From Candidatus Yonathbacteria bacterium (GTDB taxonomy: Bacteria; Patescibacteriota; Minisyncoccia; Phycocordibacterales; JACNGX01): 64,000 bases of DNA. Each line of letters opens with the position of its first letter. The first letter of the stretch is position 1. Positions 46,815-57,246 of the stretch are shown one piece after another. Where the stretch lies: assembly GCA_013334825.1 (NCBI GenBank), contig JAAXWR010000002.1:155009-219008 (forward strand), given 5' to 3'. The notes under the pieces are model-generated. The model was not told where the DNA came from and did no database searches. It saw only the letters and a program-made list of their open reading frames with translations. Made by a program: the position numbers and the translations under genes.

Positions 46815-47114
46815 AAAACGAGAATAAAGAATAAAGAAGCAAGAATTAAGAATACGTCCTGTGGCTACGTTAACGGATGTACTGTAATTATTCCACGAGT
46901 GTGGATGTATACTTGAGTATCATATCAGAGAGTGTGGGTTTATGAAAGTGCTTGACAGATGAGCAAGTTAGTAGGATTGTAATTATGCGAATACGTGAAA
47001 GGATGAAAAGATTAGTAAGTTGTTGTGTATATTGTATATATGAGGAAAAACAAAAATAGTCGGCTATGCCGACTAACTATATGATGTATGTTTCCAATTT
47101 TTATCGTTTCCTTT

Positions 47115-48287
47115 TTAAGGGAGAAACTGTTTAAACCATTCTCCTACGCTTCCTGCGCCACGTTTGCTTTTATTGACAAGTTTGATGCCTGCTGATTCTT
47201 CGGTGTTGTCCACACCCATAATACAGAGTCCATACGCAACCGACCAACTTGTATCGGTTGTTTTGTATTTTGTATTTTTCATGGAGTCCATATATGCAAC
47301 TTTGGAAGGAAGTTTGAGTGTGTTTTTGGCAAAGTCTTCGATGCCGGTGAGTGCAGCAGACCCTCCCGTAATGACGATGCCTGCGGGAAGGAGATTATTT
47401 TTACCGAGTTTTTTGAGGTGTGCTTCGATAATATCAAAAATGTCTGAAAGGCGAGCGTTGATGATTTCATTGACTTTCTTTTTAGGATACACATTCAAGT
47501 TCATGCCTTTTTTGATTTTCTCTGCTTCTTCGAGAGGAATCTTGAAACCGAGAGCGATATCATTGGTGATTTCCATTCCGCCAATGGGATAGATTTTGAG
47601 AGAGACGGGCATGCTGTTTTCAAATACAGCAACAGAAAGTGTTTCCGCGCCAATATTGGCGAGCATGCAACCCGCGGTTTTTTGGCGTTTGGTAAGCGTT
47701 ACAAAACTTGCTGCGATAGGTGACGGCATGACATCGTCGACAGCAACACCCGCTTCTTCAACTGCAGCGATAAAGTCATGAAGATGTTGAGAGAGGCACG
47801 TAATAAAGAGCGTATGTGTTTCAACACGCGATCCTTTGAGTCCTGTAGGACGCCCAAGGACTTCTTTTCCATCAAGGATAACAGCAGTTGGAATCACTTG
47901 GATGACTTGGTCGTTTGCGGAGAGTCCTGCAGCATCTTGGGCTGCTTCCATAGCTTTGTCGATATCTCCAGGTGTTACCTCATTGTCTGCGCGCGATACA
48001 AAAACAGAGCCAGTGGAGAGGACGGATTCGACACTGAGTCCACCAACGGCGACAAATGCTTTTTTGACTTCTACATTTGCTGCCTTTTCTGCTTTTTCTA
48101 TTGCTTCGCGAATGCTTTCAGATGCTTCAGGAACAGAAACAATATACCCATGGCGTAATCCACGAGATTCAGCGATACCCATGCCGATAATTTCGGGCTG
48201 GCCACCATGTGCGTCATGTTCAGCGATGACTACACGGACAGATGATGTGCCGATATCAATACCGGTTGAAATGTGTCGTTTTGCCAT
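47115..48287 (-). CDS. ftsA: Cell division protein FtsA.
   Basis: Actin-fold N-terminus ISTGIDIGTSSVRVVIA and ..VITGGSAALTGI.. It lies immediately upstream of ftsZ. Confidence 0.9.
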   Translation of the reverse strand: MAKRHISTGIDIGTSSVRVVIAEHDAHGGQPEIIGMGIAESRGLRHGYIVSVPEASESIREAIEKAEKAANVEVKKAFVAVGGLSVESVLSTGSVFVSRADNEVTPGDIDKAMEAAQDAAGLSANDQVIQVIPTAVILDGKEVLGRPTGLKGSRVETHTLFITCLSQHLHDFIAAVEEAGVAVDDVMPSPIAASFVTLTKRQKTAGCMLANIGAETLSVAVFENSMPVSLKIYPIGGMEITNDIALGFKIPLEEAEKIKKGMNLNVYPKKKVNEIINARLSDIFDIIEAHLKKLGKNNLLPAGIVITGGSAALTGIEDFAKNTLKLPSKVAYMDSMKNTKYKTTDTSWSVAYGLCIMGVDNTEESAGIKLVNKSKRGAGSVGEWFKQFLP

Positions 48288-48350
48288 GGGGGAATAAAGA
48301 GAAAATAAGATGAAACGATAAACGAAAAAAAGAAAACACTTCGTAGAGTA

Positions 48351-48752
48351 TTATTTTTTTGTTGAGAAAAACTTTTTCATCGCGATGTCTTCGGCGCGTT
48401 CCATTGCTGACCCATGATCGTACCCTTTTAAATGGAGACACCCGTGAACAAATAAATATGCAACAAATTCATTATATCCTTTTTCAAAGCGATATGCATC
48501 TTTTTTTGCCCTGTGGAGATTGATAAATATTTCTCCCGAATCTTTGGCGAGAGGAAAAGAAAGAATGTTCGCGGGTTTGTCATTGCCCCGATGGTCGCGA
48601 TTGAGACGACGAGAAAGCTCGTTGCCAACAAAAACAAGGCTGAGACGATACGTCTTTCCGAGGATACCTTCCTTTGCCACACGGAAAAGCGACCCCGCTT
48701 CAGAGGGGGTCGCTTGTCGTGTCGTATTGCGTATGTCGAATGTCTCTTGCAT
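48351..48752 (-). CDS. ybeY: Endoribonuclease YbeY.
   Basis: HGCLHLKGYDH metal-binding histidine motif. About 130 aa. Confidence 0.85.
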   Translation of the reverse strand: MQETFDIRNTTRQATPSEAGSLFRVAKEGILGKTYRLSLVFVGNELSRRLNRDHRGNDKPANILSFPLAKDSGEIFINLHRAKKDAYRFEKGYNEFVAYLFVHGCLHLKGYDHGSAMERAEDIAMKKFFSTKK

Positions 48753-48769
48753 ACGGCGTGAGGAGAAAA

Positions 48770-48994
48770 TTATACTTTACCGAGCTTCTTCAAGCGTTCA
48801 CCTTCTATACGCTTGGCGAGGCGCTTGAGCGCTTGGCTTTTACGTGTGTAACGTGATTGCGGGCGTTCGAGATAGCGATTGGCTTTTACGCGCTTCACAA
48901 CACCAGAGCTTTGTACAGCACGAGAAAAACGGCGCATCAAACTTGCGGCATTTTCATTGCTGTTTTTGGTGACTTGTACGTTCGTTTTTGTCAT
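48770..48994 (-). CDS. rpsU: 30S ribosomal protein S21.
   Basis: A 74-aa basic protein. LMRRFSRAV..RYLERPQSRYTRK matches the S21 pattern. The start was reset to ATG 48994. Confidence 0.65.
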   Translation of the reverse strand: MTKTNVQVTKNSNENAASLMRRFSRAVQSSGVVKRVKANRYLERPQSRYTRKSQALKRLAKRIEGERLKKLGKV

Positions 48995-49140
48995 GGGAAA
49001 TATCATAGCACAGACATGTTGAAATGCAAGCGAATGCATATGGTATGATAGAGGTATAATTTGTCTGGGGAGGCCGCGCGCGAAGCGCGCGGCCAGTCAG
49101 GTTGGTTTTGTTGAGCTCCGTGATTCTTTATTCTTGATTC

Positions 49141-49374
49141 GTGCTTCTCGTTATGTATCTCCATATCCGCATTACACCAAAATCAAAAAAAGATTCAATT
49201 GAACAGACTGGCGAACTTCGCTATGCCGTGACGGTAACAGAGCCCGCCGAAGACAATAGAGCAAATGAGCGCATGTGTGAAGTTGTCGCGAGACATTTTT
49301 CCGTAGAGCGAAAACAGGTGCATATTGTGAACGGACATAGAAGCAGGAGCAAACTCGTCGAGATTAGGGAGTAG
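49141..49374 (+). CDS. DUF167 (YggU) family protein.
   Basis: IRITPKSKKD..V.VTEPAEDNRANE..GHRSRSKLVEI matches YggU/DUF167. Confidence 0.55.
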   Translation: MLLVMYLHIRITPKSKKDSIEQTGELRYAVTVTEPAEDNRANERMCEVVARHFSVERKQVHIVNGHRSRSKLVEIRE

Positions 49375-49674
49375 AGAATAGTGTCTTCATCACATGTTTT
49401 TGACATATATTGTCATTTGCAAATCACAAATTCCAATGTTTAACATTGAAAATACGACGATACAATAGAGTCTATTTTATAATAATGGTTCACTGGATTT
49501 TTCTTCCTACCGCATCATATCTCTCATGTTTACATGTTAATGAGTTAAACGTCATTTTTTGAATTTTTTAGATTTTGATATTGTTTGTCATTTGGTGCTT
49601 AAGATTTGGAATTTTGAATGGGGTGGATATCTTCCTGTCGCGCGTTGTGTTGCGTTTTGGTATACTGTAACCAT

Positions 49675-50046
49675 ATGAGCATTCACATCAATACTATTAA
49701 AGCGACAGGAATCGACCTGACGCCCGCAATCGATGCGTATGTGCGCGAACGTCTCGCTGCACTCGATAAATTAGTCGCACCAGATGACACCAGTGCAAGT
49801 ATGAGTGTTGAAGTAGGAAAAACTACAGAACATCATCATACGGGAGAGATATTTCTCGCGGAAGTAAATATGATAATTGGTGGTACGCAACTTTGCGCTA
49901 CAGCAACACATGAAGATCTGTACGCCGCAATAGATAAAGTACGTGACGAGTCTGTACGTATGTTGTCAGAACATAAAAAGAAACAAAAAAAGAATTTTTT
50001 GAAAGGCGCAGTCGCTTTCAAAAAGTTTTTGAAAGGGGGTCGTTGA
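49675..50046 (+). CDS. hpf: Ribosome hibernation promoting factor (HPF/RaiA).
   Basis: [32 protein letters not shown].. and DLYAAIDKV match the HPF/YfiA family. Confidence 0.8.
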   Translation: MSIHINTIKATGIDLTPAIDAYVRERLAALDKLVAPDDTSASMSVEVGKTTEHHHTGEIFLAEVNMIIGGTQLCATATHEDLYAAIDKVRDESVRMLSEHKKKQKKNFLKGAVAFKKFLKGGR

Positions 50047-50095
50047 TATATTTATTCATCTGTTATGTTTTGTCGGCATTTCGACACAGTTCTTT

Positions 50096-50812
50096 ATGAT
50101 TCATGAAAAAGTAAGTTTGACGGGAATGACCCGCAAAGATTTGATTTTTATTCTTATTCTTACGATTGTTGCATCATCATTTGCGTATACGATTATTCGG
50201 TACGCTGAGGAAACAGAAATATTTCCTGTTATTGGAGAGGCACATGTTTCTTCTGGTATGACATCGTCTGAACAATTAACCGCATCTATGCAACAAGAAC
50301 AACACATGCAAACAGACGGAGTGGCTCACGCTGTATCTCGAGCAATGATACGTACATCCGTAGGCACCATCACCGTTGAGCTTTTTGGTGACAAAGCACC
50401 ACAGACTGTTAAGAATTTTACAACTCTCGCGGGACAAGGATTTTACGATGGGACAAAATTCCATCGCATTATCAAAGATTTTATGATTCAGGGTGGCGAC
50501 CCACTTTCTAAAGATGATGCGATGCAAGCACGTTGGGGAACAGGAGGTCCTGGGTATACGTTTGCTGATGAAATCAATAGTGAAAAGCTTGTCCGTGGAA
50601 CGATAGCCATGGCAAATGCAGGTCCCAATACGAACGGCAGTCAATTCTTTATTGTTACTGCGGAAGCGACGCCCTGGCTTGATGGACATCATACGGTATT
50701 TGGTAAGGTAGTATCGGGGATGGATGTTGTCGCCGCGATTGAAGCTGTCGCGACAGACGCATCTGATAAACCACTTCAACCTATTGTCGTAGAGAGTATT
50801 ACATTAGAATAA
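50096..50812 (+). CDS. Cyclophilin-type peptidyl-prolyl cis-trans isomerase with an N-terminal membrane anchor.
   Basis: [37 protein letters not shown] and the QFFI cyclophilin signatures. Confidence 0.9.
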   Translation: MIHEKVSLTGMTRKDLIFILILTIVASSFAYTIIRYAEETEIFPVIGEAHVSSGMTSSEQLTASMQQEQHMQTDGVAHAVSRAMIRTSVGTITVELFGDKAPQTVKNFTTLAGQGFYDGTKFHRIIKDFMIQGGDPLSKDDAMQARWGTGGPGYTFADEINSEKLVRGTIAMANAGPNTNGSQFFIVTAEATPWLDGHHTVFGKVVSGMDVVAAIEAVATDASDKPLQPIVVESITLE

Positions 50813-50829
50813 TCATTTTTGATGAAAGA

Positions 50830-50877
50830 AATGGGGTGTAGGGGAGGTATCCACTGCACCCCTTTCTTTTTTTCAGG
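50830..50877 (+). terminator. Rho-independent terminator.
   Basis: AAAGAAATGGGGTG..CACCCCTTTCTTTTTTTC after the PPIase stop. Confidence 0.65.
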
Positions 50878-51043
50878 GTTGTGGTATACTTGACATATTG
50901 CATGAAGGAGTAGCAATGCTCTCCGAACCACGTACCCTTTTTGGGGAAACGAGCGGATCGTCATCGTACTCGGTACCATGCAGGTCGATACGCCAGATGC
51001 GTCTGGCGTGCACAAACTTAGTATATAATACACAGAGTACCAA

Positions 51044-51388
51044 ATGACGTATTCGAACAACGACGATCGCAACGATCGTCCAATGTACCAGGGAAATTGG
51101 TCTTGCTCCAAGTGCGGTGCTGCTATTACGCAGTTGCCGTTCCAGCCGGACCCGTCTCGCGAAGGTTCACTCCTTTGTCGTGACTGTCATCGTGCTGAGC
51201 GCGATGAACGCCCCCGTCGTGATTTCGGTGGTAACCGCGGTAATGACCGTGGAGACCGTCCGCAACGCCCGATGGTTCAGGGTAACTGGACGTGCTCCGA
51301 GTGTGGCGCTCCTATTACGGAGCTTCCATTCGAGCCACGCCCGGGAAGCGAAAACACGCTCAAGTGCCGGAATTGTTTCCGTCGCTAA
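51044..51388 (+). CDS. Small protein of 114 aa made of two tandem CxxC..CxxC zinc-ribbon repeats.
   Basis: QGNWSCSKCGAAITQLPFQPDPSR..LLCRDCHR, then QGNWTCSECGAPITELPFEPRPGS..LKCRNCFR. A terminator hairpin lies at 51420-51450. Confidence 0.55.
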   Translation: MTYSNNDDRNDRPMYQGNWSCSKCGAAITQLPFQPDPSREGSLLCRDCHRAERDERPRRDFGGNRGNDRGDRPQRPMVQGNWTCSECGAPITELPFEPRPGSENTLKCRNCFRR

Positions 51389-51465
51389 GCGTTTTCCCTC
51401 AAATCTAAGAGTTTGCATACACACCCCGCTTTGCGGGGTGTGTATGTTTATGGGATAATTAATAC

Positions 51466-52155
51466 ATGAATACACGCAAAGTAGCGATCTTCGATGTCGA
51501 TGGAACTATTTTTCGTTCCAGTCTTCTTATTGAACTTGTAGAAGAACTTATTACGCGCGAGGTGTTTGATGAGGATATCCGTGAAGAGTATAAAGCGGAA
51601 CATCTTTTATGGCTTGATCGTAAAGGACGATATGAGGAATATATCAATTCTGTTATTGATGTGTTTGCTCATCATGTGAAAGGAGTACACTATGGTGATG
51701 TAAAAGATGCCGCCGAAGCGGTGTTTGAGCGTCATAAGGATCGTGTCTATCGATATACGCGAGATATGATTCGCAAATTGCATAAACAAGATTATTATCT
51801 TCTCGCGATTTCACATTCACCCAAACTTATTATTGATATGTTTTGTGAGGAGTGGGGTTTTGATAAGAGTTACGGAACACTCTATGCTCTGGGCGCGGGA
51901 GACAGGTTTACGGGTGAACGCATGGAAGAGCATCTCATCTTTAACAAGGGCGCAACCGCACGTCGTGCCATTGAGAAAGAAGGACTCTCTTTTGAAGGGT
52001 CTGTTGGTATTGGTGACACAGAGAGTGACATTGGCTTTCTTGAGCTTGTCGAGAATCCAATTTGTTTCAATCCCAATGCACTTCTTGAACGTCATGCGCG
52101 TTTGAATGGCTGGAAAGTTGTTGTAGAGCGCAAGGATGTGGTGTATGAGCTCTAA
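51466..52155 (+). CDS. HAD-superfamily hydrolase (HAD-IB, phosphoserine-phosphatase-like).
   Basis: VAIFDVDGTI motif I, and GIGDTESD motif IV. Confidence 0.75.
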   Translation: MNTRKVAIFDVDGTIFRSSLLIELVEELITREVFDEDIREEYKAEHLLWLDRKGRYEEYINSVIDVFAHHVKGVHYGDVKDAAEAVFERHKDRVYRYTRDMIRKLHKQDYYLLAISHSPKLIIDMFCEEWGFDKSYGTLYALGAGDRFTGERMEEHLIFNKGATARRAIEKEGLSFEGSVGIGDTESDIGFLELVENPICFNPNALLERHARLNGWKVVVERKDVVYEL

Positions 52156-52401
52156 GTTGTCAGTTGCTAGTTGTCAGAAACAGCACGAATTAGGTGGGCA
52201 TAAGCTCGCCCCGTTTCTTATGCGTGTAATTGTGTATAACGTTTGTGTGTATGAGAAGTTTCGCCGACTTCCTATTTATTTTATCATAGAGGAGGCGAAA
52301 TTTGGGTGAAGGAAAAAGTACAACCTTTGAAAATTATTAACGCACTTTTTCTTGAACCTCATACACGCTGTTATCGGATGTATTTTGGCAATAATTTTTG
52401 G

Positions 52402-52875
52402 TTAAACAGTTGGCTTGTTTTTTAAATCTTCGGAAATAACTATGTCGGGAAAATACACAAGGTAATCTTGACTCATATCGTGTATGCCTAGGAACTCAAA
52501 CTCGTCTCCGTGGAATAATTCAAAGTTTTTTACACCAAGATATTTATGTTTGAAACTATCATAGTCAGCAACTTTGAAATCGCCACATCCAGTCTGCGGT
52601 CTTTCGGGATCTGGTTTTCTTATCCTAAAAAAATTTAATACCCCATTGTAAAATACGATAGGTTGGTTTAGCTTGTAGATTGGACCATTATGCTCATCTA
52701 TTTGCTGTCCAATATCGTTGCTAGCATTTACTAAATTAGTAAGTTCAGATTCGGAATGTGCAAATATTGTGACATAATCCAGTATTAAATTTTTTTCGGA
52801 AACATAAATATCTTTGACATTAGTAATGCCTTTTGCTATGTCGTGTATTTTATTGATGATTTCTTTGGAATGCAT
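52402..52875 (-). CDS. Hypothetical protein of 157 aa, AT-rich.
   Basis: ORF. No motif. Confidence 0.4.
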   Translation of the reverse strand: MHSKEIINKIHDIAKGITNVKDIYVSEKNLILDYVTIFAHSESELTNLVNASNDIGQQIDEHNGPIYKLNQPIVFYNGVLNFFRIRKPDPERPQTGCGDFKVADYDSFKHKYLGVKNFELFHGDEFEFLGIHDMSQDYLVYFPDIVISEDLKNKPTV

Positions 52876-52917
52876 AAATACTAAAAAATTATTGCCAAAA
52901 TATTTCCGATAACTACT

Positions 52918-54831
52918 CTATAATACACTCTCAGGATTTATATCAATATCAAATGACGGAGAAAGAGAACGGAGTTGGGACAAGAGTTCACTATCAGGCC
53001 ATGATTTTGCAGGAACCTTAAGAAGAATGTGCGTACGGTGCGCGCTTTTTTTGTTTCCCGCTCCGGCATAAGCATGAGGTTTCCATGGTGACAGAAGTGC
53101 TTGAATGCGTGCGACATGTGTGTCTACCGTTCCACGTGTTCCTTCTACAGTGATGCGGACGAGAACAGAAAACGGCGGATAGCCGAGTTCTTTACGATCG
53201 GCGAGGTCTTCACGATACCGATCGGCAAGATTGCCATCTTTGGCAAATGCGAGCGCTGCGTTTTCTGGATTGCGTGTCTGTATGAGAAGAATTTTCCCTG
53301 CGAGCATACGAAGCGTCGCGAGAATACCCACTGCGCGTTCTTCAGCACGAAAATCAGGAAATGAAAGCAGTGTATCCATAGAGGCAACAGCAACAAGAGG
53401 AATATCAGGTGAAAGCGCTAATAGCCCGATGCCTGTGGTAACAAGTATTGCGCCTGGCGTATGTTCAAACTCCGCGATATGTTTTGCACTTTTTGTTGGT
53501 GTTGTTGCGGTATCACCATCGACGCGGATGATGGTTGCACTCGGAAAGGTATGAGCAATTGCTTCTTCGACATATTGCGTACCAATACCAATAGTGGAGA
53601 GTTTCCAACTATTACAATGTGTGCAACGGTCTTTCGCAGAGATACGTGCTCCACATGTGTGGCACACATGTGCGTTTGCCTCACCATCAGTTTTATGAAG
53701 AACGAGTGGTGCACCACACCGGGAGCATGCGACTATGTGCCCGCAATCATTGCATACCGTCATTCCGTGAAGTCCTTTGCGCGCAGAAAATACAACCGAA
53801 CGCTTGCCTGTGTCGAGTGCGTCTGCAAGCGCGGAGCGAAGTTCGTGAGAGAGCACCGCATCATAGGGACCTTTTTTCTTGGGGATGTCTTCAGTTTTCT
53901 TTTTGCCCATGGGAACAATAACGACGTTTGCCGTTGTGGTAACACGTGTGCGTACTGTTCCCACCGCGTATGCCGAGCCTGATTCGACGCCCGCGAGTGT
54001 TTCTACACGGAGAGGGAGTCCTCCATATACGATGCGCGCACCAAGATGTGTTGCATATGCTTTGACGAAAACACGTATATCCATGTGTGGACGTACTGTC
54101 TCTTTGTATGCATGAGAGCGTTCTCCTTCGACAATGATAGTACCAATGTCCGCACGGGGAAGTGAGAGAAATGCACCTGTGCCAATGATAAGGAGTGCAT
54201 GTGATGAAGATGTTGCTTGTTTCCATGCTTCAGCACGTTTATTTGGAGAAAGTCCTCCGTGAAGAACGACAACGCGGTCTTCAACACCTTTACCAAGGGA
54301 TTCTGTAAGTCGAGGAATAAAATCTGTTTCTGGAACAAGAAGAAAGATGGAGCGATTTTGTGCAAATGATTCGCGAATCATGCGACGATAGGTGGCAAAG
54401 CGTTCATCACGTTCTGCTTGGAGAAGCCCTGAATCTACTGTAATTCCATGTGGTTTTGATTGTTGTGGAAAGTAAGGGTTGTCGGAAGACGTTGAAGATG
54501 TTTCGGAAAAAGAGAGTGTTGTGAAGCGTGCGAGTATCGCTCCTGTTGTCGTTGCGTGGAAATCGGCAGTTTCTCTTGCCGCGACGACAAATGCTGGAGT
54601 GAATGCAGAAGGGGAAATGATTGTATCTACTTTGCGCATGGTGTGTCCTGCGGAGCGTATTTTTGTTTTTGCAGTAAGGGCATCTTCGACATCGACGACG
54701 AGAGCAGGAACGATATGTTTGCGGAGTGGAACAGAAACAAGCGCTCCCGGAGAAACAGAGAGTGATGTGAAATAGGTCAAGGTTTCCTTGCCAATACCGC
54801 GTGATATGGGAATAACGTGGAGGAGAAACAT
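52918..54831 (-). CDS. priA: Primosomal protein N' (PriA homolog) with degenerate helicase motifs.
   Basis: PriA N-terminal 3'-DNA-binding domain. The Cys-rich zinc-binding region is CNDCGHIVACSRCGAPL..CHTCG..CTHCNS. No GxGKT Walker A is present, and the DEEH box is replaced by VEGER. Confidence 0.8.
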   Translation of the reverse strand: MFLLHVIPISRGIGKETLTYFTSLSVSPGALVSVPLRKHIVPALVVDVEDALTAKTKIRSAGHTMRKVDTIISPSAFTPAFVVAARETADFHATTTGAILARFTTLSFSETSSTSSDNPYFPQQSKPHGITVDSGLLQAERDERFATYRRMIRESFAQNRSIFLLVPETDFIPRLTESLGKGVEDRVVVLHGGLSPNKRAEAWKQATSSSHALLIIGTGAFLSLPRADIGTIIVEGERSHAYKETVRPHMDIRVFVKAYATHLGARIVYGGLPLRVETLAGVESGSAYAVGTVRTRVTTTANVVIVPMGKKKTEDIPKKKGPYDAVLSHELRSALADALDTGKRSVVFSARKGLHGMTVCNDCGHIVACSRCGAPLVLHKTDGEANAHVCHTCGARISAKDRCTHCNSWKLSTIGIGTQYVEEAIAHTFPSATIIRVDGDTATTPTKSAKHIAEFEHTPGAILVTTGIGLLALSPDIPLVAVASMDTLLSFPDFRAEERAVGILATLRMLAGKILLIQTRNPENAALAFAKDGNLADRYREDLADRKELGYPPFSVLVRITVEGTRGTVDTHVARIQALLSPWKPHAYAGAGNKKSAHRTHILLKVPAKSWPDSELLSQLRSLSPSFDIDINPESVL

Positions 54832-54921
54832 GAGGTTAGTATATCAGTATATGAGAAGATTAGGAAAAGTGTATACGATAAAAAATAAAAACAAAAAGCG
54901 CGGTATGCCGCGCTTTTGGTA

Positions 54922-55323
54922 TCAGATACCAAGATATGCCTTTGCAATATCCGCGACATCTTCATCATTAAGATGTTCACGGAGTATTGCCCTTGCTTCC
55001 TCGACAATATGTTTGTCGAGAACATGTGCGCGTTTTGCAAACGCACATGCTGCGCGGAAACGCGGATAGGAATTGTCAATCTGCTCATGTATCATGACGA
55101 GCAGTTTTTCAATATCGCTCTTCTCAAGAACGATAGTTGATGTTTCAAAAATGCACGCCGAGAGATCTTTGAGATTTGCGTTGGGATTTTTCGTGTTTTC
55201 TTTTGCCCACGCAATAACATCGATATCATTGGCATGCGCGGGGAGAATGGCATCAACGCATTCCCAAAAATCCTGTTTGCTCAGGGTGATGAGCTGTTCG
55301 AGAATAGAGGAAGAGCTGTTCAT
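54922..55323 (-). CDS. Hypothetical protein of 133 aa.
   Basis: ORF. A bidirectional terminator AAAAGCGCGGTATGCCGCGCTTTT lies at about 54888-54915. Confidence 0.4.
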   Translation of the reverse strand: MNSSSSILEQLITLSKQDFWECVDAILPAHANDIDVIAWAKENTKNPNANLKDLSACIFETSTIVLEKSDIEKLLVMIHEQIDNSYPRFRAACAFAKRAHVLDKHIVEEARAILREHLNDEDVADIAKAYLGI

Positions 55324-55438
55324 AACTTGATACGTTTATATTGGTAGGAATATCCGTGTATGAGAATATCATATATTTATAAAATGTAAAGGACTGAAAC
55401 TCGCAACTTGAAACTCTCCATGCTATACTGCTCACACT

Positions 55439-56452
55439 ATGAGTATGTTTTCACCCAAATTGGGTATCGATTTAGGAACAGCAAATACTCTTGTCTTTAA
55501 GCCTGGCAAGGGTATTGTGCTGAACGAGCCTTCGGTTGTTGCGGTATCCGAAATTGACAATACGGTGCTTGCGGTGGGGCTTGAAGCAAAGGAAATGGTA
55601 GGTCGCACACCAGACGCGATTCGTGCATATCGCCCCATGCGTGATGGTGTGATTGCTGATTACCGAGTGACAGAAGCGATGCTCCGGTATTATATTGGTA
55701 AGGCATTGGGAAAGTGGAATCTTTGGAAACCAGAAGTGATGGTGTCGGTTCCCGCGGGAGTAACATCCACAGAACGTCGCGCGGTGGTGGAAGCGGCAAT
55801 AAAAGCGGGTGCCAAAAACGCATACGTAGTCAAAGAGCCGATTCTCGCGGCGATTGGCGCAGGTATTCCTATTCACGAAGCGCGCGGACATATGGTCGTG
55901 GATATTGGTGGTGGTACGACGGACGTCGCGGTTATTTCGCTCGGTGGTATTGTTGCTTCTACATCAGTTAAGTGCGCGGGTGATCGCATTGATCATGCCA
56001 TCGCGGACTATATTAAAAAGACGTTTAATCTTGCTATTGGAGATAAGACGGCAGAGAATATCAAAATCAAAATTGGTTCGGCGATTCCTTTGGAAGAAGA
56101 ACTGATAATGACTATTAAAGGACGTGACTTTGTGTCGGGACTGCCACGCACGACAGAAATCGGTACGAATGAAATCGTTAAGGCAATTGACAATGAACTC
56201 AGGGATATTATCAAAGCAATCAAGGCGGTATTACAAGAAACACCTCCAGAACTTTCTGCTGATATTATTGATCAAGGTATTATTATGACAGGCGGGTCAT
56301 CCCAACTTGCCAATCTTCCTGAACTTATCTATCGTCGTACGGGTGTGGAAGCGCGCCTTGCCAAAGATGCTTTGTATTGTGTTGCAAAGGGGACGGGCAT
56401 CGCACTTGAGCACTTGGATACATACAAAAAGAGTATTATTGCGAAGAGATAA
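55439..56452 (+). CDS. mreB: Actin homolog MreB, paralog 1. No mreCD is adjacent.
   Basis: LGIDLGTANTLVF.. and DIGGGTTDVAVISLGGIV are MreB signatures. Confidence 0.9.
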   Translation: MSMFSPKLGIDLGTANTLVFKPGKGIVLNEPSVVAVSEIDNTVLAVGLEAKEMVGRTPDAIRAYRPMRDGVIADYRVTEAMLRYYIGKALGKWNLWKPEVMVSVPAGVTSTERRAVVEAAIKAGAKNAYVVKEPILAAIGAGIPIHEARGHMVVDIGGGTTDVAVISLGGIVASTSVKCAGDRIDHAIADYIKKTFNLAIGDKTAENIKIKIGSAIPLEEELIMTIKGRDFVSGLPRTTEIGTNEIVKAIDNELRDIIKAIKAVLQETPPELSADIIDQGIIMTGGSSQLANLPELIYRRTGVEARLAKDALYCVAKGTGIALEHLDTYKKSIIAKR

Positions 56453-56512
56453 GAAAGGAGAAATACGAGACAAGAATCAAGAAGCACAAACATTTTTTCG
56501 CACTATCATTGT

Positions 56513-57193
56513 ATGTTCTCATTTTCGCACCATGCATATCTTGTTCGCTCGCCTCGCGAATCGGGGATTCTTCATGTGAAGCAGACGCTTGTCGAATCAG
56601 GTGTACAGACTGAGGGGAATCCCGATGTACGCGTATGGAATGAGGAATCGTTCTCGGTGGATACCGCGCGTGATGTACGTGAAGCAATGACAAAGAAACC
56701 GTTTGGTGATAAACAAGTATGTATTGTCGCGGGCGATACGTTTACCGTGGAAGCACAAAACGCGCTTCTCAAAACACTTGAAGAGCCGGGTGAGGGGACG
56801 TATATTGTCGTGATAACACCAAATCCTGGCATACTGTTGCCAACACTATTGTCACGGTTGGCGCAGTTTCAAGAAGGGGAGTCGTTTGTTGTGACGGCAG
56901 AACATGATGCGGTTGCATTTTTGTCTCTGTCAGTACCTGAGCGTCTTTCATACCTTGAACCAATGCTAAAAAATAAAGACAAGACTACGGCATGCGCCCT
57001 TGTTGATGGAATGCTCGAGGTATACCACAACGAAACAATAGCAATAGGTGCGGACGCGCTCCGCGCGTCCGCACCCTACCTCGCCGAACTCTCCGCTATG
57101 CGTGGGTATCTTACGGACCGCTCGTCATCAGTAAAACTTATTATGGAACACCTTGCGCTTCTTCTCCCCGTAAGGGAGAAGAAGCAATCCTAA
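56513..57193 (+). CDS. holB: DNA polymerase III delta-prime-like subunit, short form.
   Basis: NALLKTLEEP motif. HAYLV.SPRESG has no GKT, as is typical of delta-prime. Confidence 0.55.
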   Translation: MFSFSHHAYLVRSPRESGILHVKQTLVESGVQTEGNPDVRVWNEESFSVDTARDVREAMTKKPFGDKQVCIVAGDTFTVEAQNALLKTLEEPGEGTYIVVITPNPGILLPTLLSRLAQFQEGESFVVTAEHDAVAFLSLSVPERLSYLEPMLKNKDKTTACALVDGMLEVYHNETIAIGADALRASAPYLAELSAMRGYLTDRSSSVKLIMEHLALLLPVREKKQS

Positions 57194-57246
57194 CTACTCA
57201 GCACAAAATTCTAAACAAATTTTAATGTGAGAACCTCAAGTTTAAT

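Noticed and set aside
52156-52401. Possible 47-aa GTG-initiated micro-ORF after a GAGGAGG at about 52290
   Set aside because: The spacing is at the outer limit for a Shine-Dalgarno, and no conservation can be assessed. It is left uncalled.
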